A stretch of DNA of 64,000 bases from Eledone cirrhosa. Its lineage: Eukaryota. Numbering within the stretch: position 1 is the first letter of the stretch; each line of letters begins with the position of its first letter. The notes under the pieces are model-generated. The model had not been told where the DNA came from, made no database searches, and was given only the letters and a program-made list of their open reading frames with translations. A program made the position numbers and the translations under genes. The stretch lies in the NCBI GenBank assembly GCA_964016885.1, contig OZ024744.1, forward strand, positions 94,674,001 to 94,738,000, written 5' to 3'. Below, piece by piece: positions 11,553 through 23,548 of the stretch.

Positions 11553-11728
11553 ATTGTAAATGTAGTTGGTGTTAGGAAGGGCATCCAGCTGTAAAAAATC
11601 CCAGCCAAATTACAGTTCTGCCCGAGCAAAGTACAGTGTGACCAACTGGCCAGATATGTCTCATTATGTGGGCAACCTGTCTAACCCATGCAAACATGGA
11701 AAAAGGGACATTAAACAGTGATGATGAT
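11553..11728 (+). mobile_element. SINE family B 3' portion (diverged)
   Basis: GTTGGTGTTAGGAAGGGCATCCAGCTGT...TGTCTAACCCATGCAAACATGGAAAA..TTAAACAGT(GAT)n. Confidence 0.75.
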
Positions 11729-12099
11729 ACGGTAATTTACTGTGAACAACTTCTATTTTGTTATATTTGAGGACGGTCATTTCACCAACATGCACCATAT
11801 AACTTCACTTTATCATTATTGTTCCTTCAAAGCTCTTTTGTTGCACCAATCTGTGACCTCAAAGACTATCGATTTGGTGTGACAAAAGAGCTTAGATGGA
11901 AGAATAAAGATAAATTAAAAGTTATACGATGCATGTGTTCAATTAGAAAAAAATGACCATCCTCAAATATATAACAAAATTGGTTTCAACACACAATTTC
12001 AAATCAAGATTCTTGCTGAACAAATACATAAATGTAATGACGTGTACTTTTATTTATATTTATTTATTTATTATTATTATTTTTTTTTTCTATTTCCAG

Positions 12100-12161
12100 G
12101 GCCTGTAATGCTTGATGAATTTGTTGAGTGGTTAAAGGAACAAAATTCTTTTCGCAGTTGA
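12100..12161 (+). CDS. DCUN1D4: DCN1-like protein (DCUN1D4/5 type), terminal coding exon
   Basis: Acceptor tttttttctatttccag|GG completes the TGG codon. Translates WPVMLDEFVEWLKEQNSFRS*, with TGA at 12159-12161 followed immediately by TAG. Completes the canonical DEDGAWP..LDEFVEW motif. Confidence 0.95.
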
Positions 12162-12257
12162 TAGAGGTAATTTAAAAACAAAACAAAATATGACCATATG
12201 AGCTTTAACACGAACATGAACATTTTGTTTCTTCAAAGGTCTGTACAGTATATAACT

Positions 12258-12263
12258 AATAAA
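12258..12263 (+). promoter_or_regulatory. Candidate polyadenylation signal
   Basis: First AATAAA about 100 bp after the stop codon, just before the (TA)n tract. Low specificity in AT-rich DNA. Confidence 0.35.
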
Positions 12264-12289
12264 GCCCATTATATAAAACAAGCCTAAGA

Positions 12290-12466
12290 AATATATATAT
12301 ATTTAATTCTATATATATATATATATATATATAGAATTATATATATATATATATAAACATATATATATATTATATGTATATATATATATTATGTGTGTAT
12401 ATATATATAGAAATATATATATATGTATAGAAATATGTATATATGGAAATATATATAGAGAGAAAT

Positions 12467-12512
<46 letters not shown>

Positions 12513-12588
12513 AATTTGTCCCTTACTACTGAATCAGGCAACAACAGGATTGAAGTCAAAATTGAGCTCATGATTTAAAAAAAAAAAA

Positions 12589-12619
<31 letters not shown>

Positions 12620-13161
12620 ACAATCTTAACTATTTTATCTTGTTTTCTTCATGTTTGTATTTTTGAAAACAAAGCATTTATAATTAATGCATTCTATGAA
12701 TGGAAGCAATATATAAAGCTCACATTTCTTTAATCAAATAAGCAGACGTACAAATATGTGCCTATATATGTAGACACATACATGTATACACACACACCCA
12801 CCCACCCACACACACACATATATTCAGACTTCAAGCATACATATACATGCATTACATTTGTGTGTGTGTGTGTGTGTGTTATGCATATATACATATATAT
12901 GAAGGCATGTCAGTCTATTCACCAATATCTCATATATATATATACACACACACACATGCATATATACATAGACACAATTGTGTGTATGTGTATATAAATA
13001 TATGTATATATGTATATATGTATATATATATATGTGTTTGTATATATACATATGTATAAAATATATGTGTTTGTATATATGTATATGTATGTATGTATAT
13101 ATATGTATATATATATGTGTTTGTATATATATGCATGTTCATATATGTATATATACATATA

Positions 13162-13193
<32 letters not shown>

Positions 13194-13227
13194 GATATGT
13201 ATGTATATATATAGATAGATATGTATG

Positions 13228-13258
<31 letters not shown>

Positions 13259-13317
13259 ATATATAGATAGATATGTATGTATATATATATATGTATGTAT
13301 ATATATAGATAGATATG

Positions 13318-13348
<31 letters not shown>

Positions 13349-13383
13349 GCATATGCATATATGTATATATATAGATAGATATG

Positions 13384-13419
<36 letters not shown>

Positions 13420-13451
13420 TATGCATATATGTATATATATAGATAGATATG

Positions 13452-13517
<66 letters not shown>

Positions 13518-13549
13518 TATGCATATATGTATATATATAGATAGATATG

Positions 13550-13589
<40 letters not shown>

Positions 13590-13626
13590 TATGCATATAT
13601 GTATATATACATATAGATATGTATGT

Positions 13627-13687
<61 letters not shown>

Positions 13688-13698
13688 GATATGTATGT

Positions 13699-13747
<49 letters not shown>

Positions 13748-13758
13748 GATATGTATGT

Positions 13759-13801
<43 letters not shown>

Positions 13802-13812
13802 GATATGTATGT

Positions 13813-13859
<47 letters not shown>

Positions 13860-13870
13860 GATATGCATGT

Positions 13871-13909
<39 letters not shown>

Positions 13910-13920
13910 GATATGTATGT

Positions 13921-13981
<61 letters not shown>

Positions 13982-13992
13982 GATATGTATGT

Positions 13993-14034
<42 letters not shown>

Positions 14035-14297
14035 TATGTGTGTACACACATATATATATATACACACATATATATATATTACATATATGTATGTGTGTAT
14101 ATATATATATACATGTATTAGTATATATATATATATATATACACACATGTATGTGTATATATATATGTATATATGTGTATATATATATATACATGTATTA
14201 GTGTATATATATATACATGTATTAGTATATATATATATATACACACATGTATGTGTATATATATATGTATATATATATATATGTGTATATATATATG

Positions 14298-14332
<35 letters not shown>

Positions 14333-14389
14333 GTGTATATATATATAAATATGTATTAGTATATATATATATATACACACGTATGTGTA

Positions 14390-14427
<38 letters not shown>

Positions 14428-14554
14428 CACACGTATATGTATGAGTATATATATATACATGTATGTGTGTATATATATATATATATATACATACACATGT
14501 ATATGTATGTTCATATGTATGTACGTATACGTTATGTGCACATGAATGTGAGTG

Positions 14555-14585
<31 letters not shown>

Positions 14586-14631
14586 TCATATATATGTACG
14601 TATACGTTATGTACACATGAATGTGAGTATG

Positions 14632-14690
<59 letters not shown>

Positions 14691-14706
14691 GTGTGTATAT
14701 ATATGA

Positions 14707-14742
<36 letters not shown>

Positions 14743-14760
14743 TTATGTTTATGTATATGT
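12290..14760. repeat. Compound (TA)n/(TG)n/(CA)n microsatellite field
   Basis: About 2.4 kb dominated by alternating purine-pyrimidine sequence, with recurring spacers such as ACATATAGATATGTATGTACAC. Confidence 0.95.
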
Positions 14761-15159
14761 CTGTGTCAGTTTATGTTCACCAGTGTAAACTAGTATTTTG
14801 AGTCACGTCTCTTTGTGTCAGAAGTGGCAACTTAGCCTTTGGATAAATAAAGATTCATAAAATAAGTACTACACTGAAATAACTACTGGAGTCGATATGA
14901 TTGACTAAAAGCCTTTGTAGTTGGTGCCTCAGCATGGATTCTGTCAAATGACTGAAACTAGTAAAAAGAGTTTTAAAAACACCCAACACTTTGTATATAT
15001 AAACATGTTTAGTGTGTGTGTGTGTGTGTGTGTGAAACTTGTCCAATTTAATATATTGTGGAAAAATAGATGTAAAATGATGTGTAAGTGTTTTTGTGTG
15101 TGTGTGTGTGGAGAGAGAGAGAGCATGACTTTGTGTTTCTAAAAATCTAAAGTCTGTCT

Positions 15160-15432
15160 TGAGCGTGGAGGTTCATGAGGCCGGTGCTTATCCTGGTTTC
15201 CATGGTATGAAGCGATTGAGAATGCCAGACCCCTTCCTTGACAGGACACCAATCCATCGTAGGGTTAAAACCCCATGCTATATATATAGCTGGTACTCAA
15301 TTTCAGCAGAGTAGATTGGAGCAATGTGAAATGAAGTGTTTTGCTCAAGAACACAACACATAACCCAGTCCAGGAATTGAACCCACAACATGATGAATGT
15401 AAGTCCAACACTCTTACCACTAGGCCACACAC
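15160..15432 (-). mobile_element. SINE with family-B-type head and a third tail type
   Basis: GGAGCAATGTGAAATGAAGTGTTTTGCTCAAGAACACAACACA..CCAGGAATTGAACCCACAAC..ACCACTAGGCCACAC. Resembles the reverse complement of 31390-31640. Confidence 0.7.
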
Positions 15433-16006
15433 CTTGTGTTTGCTTGATGTTTAAATGTTATGTTTTTCTCAAATTGTAATAATTTGTTGTATACTTTGTG
15501 ACAACTTAGAACAGAGACTCTTTATCTTTCAAATATCTTACACTGGACATACTGTGATCCAGGATTTTAAAGAAACATTATTTCGATGCTAGACATATCA
15601 TTAGCTACTATCTCTTTGAAAGTAGAGTGAAATTATTTAAAGAAATGTTATTTCAGTACTGGACATAGGGTTCTAATGTTCCTTTGAAAATAATAGAGTA
15701 AAGTGATGCTATATCAATGTTGGATGTACCATGATCCAGGATTTAAAAGAAACTTATTTAAAATCTGGGCAAATTGTTAGCCACTGTCTCTAGATTATAT
15801 AAAGAGATGTTATTTCAATACTTGACATGCTGTTATCTAATGTTCTTTTGGAAATAGAGTTTAGCGACTTAGATTTAAGTCACAGTCTCAGCTGCCACTA
15901 GTTGACAAAACCTGAAATGGGCCCTTATTCAGGATTCAAAACACTAGATTGGATTTTCGGTTTGTGTTGAGAAGAAAGGGTGTGAGGCTAGTAACCTTAC
16001 CTCCAT

Positions 16007-16690
16007 TAACCCTTTAGCATTTAAACTAGCCGTATCCGGCCAGAATTCTCTCAATTTTTTCTGTTCAAACTGGCCATAACTGGCTGCTCATACTGACATT
16101 AAGGTATTATTCTCAAAATAAATAACATCAAAATCTCGTAGATTTCATATTTATGTGAGATAATTATGTAAAATAAAGCCTTTACCACAAAAATACAATA
16201 ATATATATAATGTAAATACTAAAGTGTTTATCAAAATTGCTACAGAAATGAAGAAAGTCACCCTATACTCTATAGGAAACAAAAGGTATTGAAGAAAATA
16301 TTCATTATCAGAGATATTTTACTATATAAAAAAAACACATCAAACCAGATGTATTAAAGTTGAAAAATCAAAAATGGTTCTATCTATTTAGCTTAACTTT
16401 TTTGATACCATCACGGTCGAATTCAGTTCTTGTTCTGTGAAATAAAGGATTTACATTTTAAAGGCTTTGTATTTAAGTTAAAATAGACTGGCTCTGGTTC
16501 TATGAAATAAAAACACCCATTTCAAAGGTTTCCAATTTAAATTAATATCTTCTAACATAATTTTATATCAGAACCATATGTTTGTAATGAATGAATTAAT
16601 AATTTTAGCAAATCCCTCAGAATTCTCCATTGGTTAATTGCAGTAGAGTGTATTTAATTAGAAATATGGGCACAAAAGGGTTACAACCCT
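16007..16690. mobile_element. TTAA-CCCT (piggyBac-like) MITE fragments
   Basis: TTAACCCTTTAGC at about 16007 and AAAAGGGTTAC at about 16674. Internal CTCTGGTTCTATGAAATAAAA..AAAGGTTTCCAATTT is shared with 17850-17900. Confidence 0.55.
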
Positions 16691-16915
16691 GTGATATCAA
16701 AGTCAGTATCTAATGAGCAGCAGAGCTAGCCTTGAAATCTATGTTCACATTCTGTTACCTGTCTGCCAAGAGCAATAAATTGCCCCCTTAACTTTAGTGT
16801 GTATTTCATTATATATATGGGCACAAAAGAGTTAAAGTCCTGTGATATCAGTTAACATTCTGTTACCAGTCTTATGAAAGTAGTATATTGTCCTCTTAAC
16901 TTTGGTGCGTATTTC

Positions 16916-16983
<68 letters not shown>

Positions 16984-17202
16984 TAATGTAGGAGGTGAGT
17001 TTTATTGTAGTACAATAAAGCAATGCAGATATCGGATAAGAATATGCTGATTTAAAACTGCGCTATCCACAAGTGTTTTTAACCTTCATATCATGCCCTC
17101 CTATTTTATCTGATGAAAACACAAATGTTATTGCATGATGATATTTGTTTTTGAAATGCGCATAATAAAATACATGGAACTCATTTAACCATCTTTTGAT
17201 CT

Positions 17203-17261
<59 letters not shown>

Positions 17262-17340
17262 CAAAGGTGTATATTGAGTTAGGAACTCAAAATAGTCTCT
17301 TACAATAAAATAGCTCTAAGAAAGAGATATTTCCGAGCCG

Positions 17341-17797
17341 TATATTATAATAGAATATAAAAGAAAAACGAACACATATATATACATATATGTGTTCAAA
17401 TCGCAAGGGACCTGATTCGCTAAGGTGAAAAGAATACTAACTATAGACAATAGGGTTTGCCTGTCTCAATTTAAGAAAAAAATCAAGAAAATAAATACAA
17501 ACCGGAATTGTGGTAACTACCAATCACCCAGACAGCTTGGTGCTGTTTCGCAATACTAATTAATTGTGAATAGAATACCAATTCTTGCTCATCAGTGGGT
17601 GACAAATTAGTATCCTAGACACTTCTAAGTATCCGGTTTGTATTTATTTTCTTGATTTTTTTCTTAAATTGAGACAGGCAAACCCTATTGTCTATAGTTA
17701 GTATTCTTTTCACCTTAGCGAATCTGGTCCCTTGCGATTTGAACACATATATCTATATATCTGTGTTCGTTTTTCTTTTATATTCAATTATATTATA
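17341..17797. repeat. Long inverted repeat (approx. 165-bp arms, 125-bp spacer)
   Basis: 17341-17506 is the near-perfect reverse complement of 17632-17797, e.g. GACAATAGGGTTTGCCTGTCTCAATTTAAG / CTTAAATTGAGACAGGCAAACCCTATTGTC. Confidence 0.95.
17524..17602 (-). ncRNA. Type I hammerhead ribozyme motif (intact core)
   Basis: Minus strand: UCACCCA-CUGAUGA-GCAA(n31)UUGC-GAAACAGC-ACCAA-GCUGUC-UGGGUGA. 7-bp stem I, canonical CUGAnGA and GAAA boxes, stems II and III, and a GUC cleavage triplet. Confidence 0.88.
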
Positions 17798-17819
17798 TAT
17801 ATATATGTATTTCATAATA

Positions 17820-19166
17820 TTAACCCTTTAGTTACCAACCCAGCCAATAACAGCTCTGGTTCTATGAAATAAAACCACTCATTTTAAAGGTTTCCAATTT
17901 AACATAATTTTATATAAGAACCTTACATTAAGTTACTATCTTAATAATGAAATGATTAATAATTTGAGTAAATCCCGCAAAATTATTAATTAATTAATTA
18001 AAATAGAATGTATTTCATAAAAGCACCCAGTCCACACTGTAAAATGGTTGTGTAGGCATCACAACAAAAAGCACCCAGTACTCACTGTAAATGAGGTTGG
18101 TGTTAGGAAGGGCATCCAACTGTAGAAACCAAGCCAAAATAAGTTCTATATGAACAAGACATTGTCACCTGACCTAGCATTGCTAGTGTGGAAAATGGAC
18201 GTAAAACGGTGATGATATATATATATGTAAAAGGTAAACAGAAAGAATAACATAATCAATACAGTATATGGAAGGAATATGTTAGGTTAATGCTTGAAAT
18301 AGCAGGAAGAGGGTCTGAACGTTTTGGACGCTAGTCCTTCATCAGAAGAAAGAATGAGAAATAAGATAGATTGAGGGACGGGTGGGTTGGAATTGGAAAA
18401 CATGTCTTTAGATAAAAATAACAGGTCCATTAATGTTGACATCTCTTGGAAAACTTGATGCTGGCGTTTTGTGTATGATTTATTTTTTTAGAAAAGCGGA
18501 TGATTGAGCGTGTCTACCTGAAATGGAAAATATATATATATAAGCAGCTTAGTTCATCTATTTTTAGTGTAAAGGAGGGAGGTATATTTTATTGCTTTTT
18601 CTTCTCAACCATTTTGATAACACATGCTAACATAGAAAATGGATGTTAAATGATGATGATGATGCCAAACCACCTGAAACTGCTCTGGAATTGTGATACA
18701 AAACTGCTCATTTTAAAATGATCGTCCTTATATTAAAACTTTTCATCATAATTAGGATATAGTGAAGGGTGCCAGGGAGTTGGCCATGTGTAGAGGAGAG
18801 AATAATGTCGTGGGGACTGGAAGAGAATTTGGATGAAGGTGAGATATAGAGAGAATAAGAGTGAAAATGGATGTGGGGTGGAATGAGAAGGTGTGGTCAG
18901 TTATACCCTTTTGATCCCAAGTCACCCAGAATCGAACCTGCATATATGATACAAAGCTGCCTATTTTATAATATTTATCTTTATATTAAAACCTTCCATC
19001 ATAATTTTGTTTTAGAAATGTTCGTTAAGTAATATTCTAAATATCAGCTTATTAATGAAAAATGGAGTTATTTTATTAAATTCCTCCAAATGTTTTTGGT
19101 ATTTTCAAAATTAATTGAAACACATAGACAGTATATTTCATTAAAGATACAGTAATTAAGGGTTAA
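17820..19166. mobile_element. piggyBac-like MITE cluster with nested insertions
   Basis: TTAA-CCCTTTAGTTAC at 17820 and GTAATTAAGGG-TTAA ending at 19166. Related internal segments at 17850-18010, 18670-18750 and 18945-19150. Confidence 0.55.
18020..18216 (+). mobile_element. SINE family B 3' portion
   Basis: AAAAGCACCCAG..CACTGTAAA twice, GGTTGGTGTTAGGAAGGGCATCC, and GGACGTAAAACGGTGATGAT tail. Confidence 0.8.
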
Positions 19167-19736
19167 AGTTATCTTTATAACAGATCAACCAATAACCAAA
19201 CTGTTTATATCTTAGTCTTAGGTCTTTCCACGCCTTTCGGTGCATCAAGCAGTAAGTAGTCACCAATGGTCACAATCAGCAGTGGCTTTTTCACGTCTGT
19301 GCCAGGCTCTGTTGGCTACCATCGGGTCTTTTTGGAACGTCAGTCACCAGGAATCATATCCACATTATGATCGCATGTCCAACATCCCTACCACTCGGTC
19401 ACGCGCTTCCATTCAATGTAGTAGACTTAATCCAGTACTCGGTTTAATACTGCTGCATTGCCCTTAAGTCCATTCAGTGGAGCCTAATTTCTTGAAATCA
19501 GTTTGAGGATACTTTTTTTCTTCTCTCCTACCCGTCACTGAGGCCCCGAAAAGGTTTATGGGGTTAGGGTTAAGGTAAGGGTTAGCCCTCCTTGGCTAAA
19601 TAGGGAATATATAATTCTTGGGGTAACCCCGCTTCCGTTTGCCACCAAGTGGAGAACTGTTTATATAAAGAAATATAAATATGTCAATCACAACAGTGAG
19701 TGGTGTTTCTTCATATGACAATGGTTATGGTATGAT

Positions 19737-20130
19737 GTCATCATCATCATCACCGTTTTACGTCCGTTCTTCCACGCTAGCATGGGTTAGACGGGTTGTC
19801 CTGTTGTGGGCAGTGTCCAGTAGGCTGACTTTGTCTTGCTCATACAGGAACTGATTCTGGCTCGATTTCTACAGCTGGATGCCCTTCCTAATACCAACCT
19901 CATTTACAGTGAGTGCCCAGTGCTTTTTTCCCGTGGTGCCTACACGTCCACTTTACAGTGGAATGATAGGGACCCCAATCCTATCATCTCATTTCTACAG
20001 CTGAGTAAACTGGAGCAATGTGAAATAAAGTGTCTTGCTCAAGGAAACAACACATCACCCGGTCCGAGCAATGAACTCACAACCTTTCGATTGCAAGCCC
20101 AATGCTCTAACCACTAAACCATGCGCCTTC
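19737..20130 (-). mobile_element. Full-length tRNA-derived SINE, family B
   Basis: Minus strand starts GAAGGCGCATGGTTTAGTGGTTAGAGCATTGGGC (A-box) .. GTGAGTTCATTGCTC (B-box-like) and ends in (GAT)n. Collinear with 28786-29134. Confidence 0.85.
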
Positions 20131-20439
20131 ATGATGTATTATTAACAAATGTCGGTCCAGGAACAAGAGAAGATGAAATCTATTTAATTTGCTCACCAGT
20201 TTATAACATACATCCACATGAATTATGACTGATATTAAAAAGGAAAAAAAAGGTAATAATGGAAAATTTCCATAACAGACTTCAATATTAATGTCATTAA
20301 CCAGATAGATGGTCAGTCTTCATACCACTTCCAACCTGGCTGCACATGTCAATCCTGTACTTGAAGATTATGAACAGGACAGATGACAGTTATGCACTCT
20401 TGGCGGAGTCCAACACCCTCATTGAATAGTTTTGACTTA

Positions 20440-20850
20440 GCATTGGATTAGCAGTATTGGTAGAAGGCCAGACAGCATGCTGTGCTGCATAGAGTTACAG
20501 CTCTTTATGATCTGAGTTTAAGTTTCGCCGAGGTTAACTTTGCCTTTCATCCTTACGTGGTCAATAAAATAAAGAACCAGTTATGCACTGGGATAATTGC
20601 TGGCCTTGTGCCAAAATAAGAAACATTATTTATCCAAAGAAGGGCAGTGGATTGGCAGTATCGGTAGAATCGGTAGAGCTTAGGACACCATGTTTTGCAG
20701 CATAGAGTTACGGTCTGATTTCAAATCCTGCTGAGGTTAGCTTACAGGGTTGATAAAATAAAGTACCAGTAATGCACTGGAGTCAATTTAATTGACTTTC
20801 CCCTCCCCTAAAATTGTTGGCCTTGTGCCTAAATCAGAAACCATTATTTA
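20440..20850 (+). mobile_element. Two tandem SINE family A copies
   Basis: Copies at about 20440-20630 and 20642-20850, both followed by ATTATTTATCCAAA. Confidence 0.82.
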
Positions 20851-20859
20851 TCCAAATAC

Positions 20860-22420
20860 TAAGGTATTCATATAGAGACTCCAGGGCAACAAGAACCTGT
20901 CCATTGATCCTATACTCCTGCAGAACATTCTACAACAGGTGCCGTCGAACGTGGTTATATGCCTTTTCGAGGTCTATGAAACAAGCATACACCTCTTGGC
21001 AATACTCCCATGATTTCTGAAAGATCTGCCGTAGTGTGAATATTTGGTCTGCTGTGCTGTCTGGGGAGAAAACCACAGTTCATCAGCTAGCTTGGATTCA
21101 ACAGACTTTACCAGGGAAGCTTCAAAAGGTGATACCTTCATAATTGGAGCAATCTCTCTTATCTCCCTTTTTGACAATTGGGATTATCACTCCAGGCCTC
21201 CCAGCACACATGATTCAGCCAGAGGACACCATTTCCATTTAAGGATTTTAACATTTTAAGCAGACTTTCATCCTCCTCAGCGACCTTGACACATTTGACC
21301 TCTTTAATTGGTCTTGTGACCTCAGTCTCTGAGAAGTCAAGGGATTCTCCAGTCATCTGGTGCCACACCAAGTTGCTTTTGCCTTCATCATTTAACAGCT
21401 GAAGCAGAAATGGCCGAATAGTCTCCACTCCTTTTCAGCATCCTTAATTTTCTCGGAGTTCTCTGGATTTAGATGCAAACCTGTTCCTAACTTCCTTATC
21501 TGCCAGCTCTTCTCATTTTATCCTGTAGGTTGCCTTGGACCTGCCAGTTTTATGGGCTCTCTTGGTTTTAGGTAGTCTCAGGTTGCAGATAACTAGATGG
21601 TGATCAGTTGACAGCTTAGCTCCTCTGTTAACATGAACATCTAGCATGAAATCGAAGAGATCAGAGACAAGAAGAAAATCAATTATTGATCCCTGTCGCC
21701 GATTCCCCTTATATCATGTATATTTATAGATGTGTTTGTGCTGGAGGGTGTTCATAATAGAGAGCCCATTTCTAAAACAGAAGTCTAATAAGGCCTCTCC
21801 ATTCATATTTAGATTGGGATACCATTCCTTCCAATGACTCCTTTCCATGTCAGGTGGTCAGTTCCAACATGTGTATTGAAGTCTCCCATCAGGACATATG
21901 ACTCAGTCTTAACTACATTTAATGCTGCAATGACTTCATCAAGGAAAGATCTGTATTTGAACTCCTTGTTTGGTACATCAACTTGCACCACCCACAGAGA
22001 CCTATCTTTCAGCCTAAGCTTCAAGAGGCAAATCCTCTCTCATAAAGGGATCCAGTCCATAACACATTCTGACAACCAGGGACTTGTGAATATTCTCACT
22101 CCCACCTGTGCAGTCATTTTTGGCACCACACCTGAATAGTGGGGTTTCCATACTACAGTACCAGAGCCATGGAACTTTGTTGAAAAAACCCTGATTATAT
22201 CTAGCTATTAACATCTGGCCACCACTATTTCCTGCTCCTTGCCTGTAAGAGTTGTAATGTTCCAGTTACCAATTGTCAATATGTGCTCCCTCCCAGACCT
22301 CTGGCGTCTTGGGAAACGTAACCTTTGTGTTTCCATCCCATGCGTACCAGGACAGGCTACAAGCCCATCGCCATTTCCTGCAGTGTTGGATGGAGACTGC
22401 AATATATATTTTCAAATAGG
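20860..22420 (-). mobile_element. Decayed RTE-clade LINE, endonuclease to RT motif A
   Basis: Minus-strand peptides LTIGNWNITTLTGKEQEIV and VLMGDFNTHVG..WKGVIGRNG (APE endonuclease), then VYACFIDLEKAYNHVRRHLL*NVLQEY (RT). Contains stops and frameshifts. Confidence 0.88.
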
Positions 22421-22719
22421 CCCCTCGACAATGCTGTATGTATGCCTTGATTTCTTCTTACCATACTGCAGTATTTTGGTGATCTTATTTGCACCAGTCA
22501 CAAATTTAGAACTTTTCTCAGACCTGCGAAAACTAGGTTTTTTTGGAGGCAGCCTTTAATTGCCTCACTGTAGCTACACCACAGGGTTGTGAGAGTTTTC
22601 TTGAGAGCTAAGTGTATCAGCCATTGCTCCATCTCTCCTATAAGTTTACTACTGTTGCAAGAGCCTGCTTATATTGCAACTAACTATCATATCTGGTGGT
22701 TGTATCACATTGAGACCTA

Positions 22720-23530
22720 TTCTCTAGCAGAACAGCTCTGTAGGATCAGTTGGCTGGAATTTGGGGATGCATGGTGTTGCTTAACTCATCAGAAGGTGAT
22801 CTCCAACATGCACTTGATAGGTTTGTTGCCAAGTATTGCACAACAGGAACAAAAATCTGCTGTGAAGACTGAGACACTTCTCTCAAGGAAGCCTGCCCAG
22901 TGCACTCTATATATGAGTGGAGTTCCACTGAAACAGGTGGAGAAGTTCAAGTATCTTAGGACTGTTCACAAGTGATGGAAGACAGGAGGCTGAATTAAGT
23001 GGAAGAATTGCAGGAGAGAGTACAGTAATACACCATCTTCAGCATTCAGTCGTCAGAGCAAGGGAGGTAACTGTAAAAGCCAAACTCACTAACTTCAATT
23101 CCGTATTTGTGCCAACCCTTCTCTATGGTCATGAATCTTGGCTAATAAGCAGCCAAAATGGGGTTCCTCCAAAGGGTCTTTGGAGTAAGATTACTCGATA
23201 AAGTGTGTGGCTCGGAGATCAAAGAGGCACTCCAGGTAGAGCCACTACTTCTTTAAATTGAGAGGTCACAGCTCCGATACTATGGACATGTGGTTAGAAT
23301 GTCTCAGGAAAGAAACACTGGACAGATTTTATAGGCAAAACCAACCGGCAGGAATCCCAGGGATAGATCCCGAGCACAATGGTTACATAACGTCAATGAG
23401 TTTGGCTGGTCTCACTTGGGGATCCAACCGGATCATCTAAAGATGGTTGCTTCTGACAGGACCCACTGGAAGAAGTGTTTGAGGACTCTGCCCCCACAAC
23501 CCTCTCAGGAATAAGTGGCTGAAGAAAATA
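22720..23530 (+). mobile_element. Decayed RTE-clade LINE, RT C-terminal half and 3' end
   Basis: Plus-strand peptides SSEGDLQHALDRF, KTETLLSRKPAQCTLYMSGVPLKQVEKFKYL, PTLLYGHESW and IERSQLRYYGHVVRM, all typical of the RTE ORF C-terminus. Confidence 0.85.
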
Positions 23531-23548
23531 TATGGCTAGCTCATCAAC

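Noticed and set aside
11180-11629. Gly/Asp-rich 149-aa ORF
   Set aside because: Translation of a (CAT/CAC)n tract plus SINE sequence.
12389-14801. Long YI/HT/CV-rich ORFs up to 441 aa
   Set aside because: Translations of (TA)n/(CA)n microsatellite.
15530-15860. Degenerate approx. 60-125-bp tandem repeats (TTTAAAGAAA..TTATTTC..)
   Set aside because: Too diverged to define a period by eye, and no sign of function.
19558-19586. Telomere-like GGGTTAGGGTTAAGGTAAGGGTTAG
   Set aside because: Only about 4 imperfect units. Too short to call an interstitial telomere.
20050-20130. tRNA gene
   Set aside because: A/B boxes belong to SINE heads. No complete cloverleaf, and the sequence continues into the SINE body.
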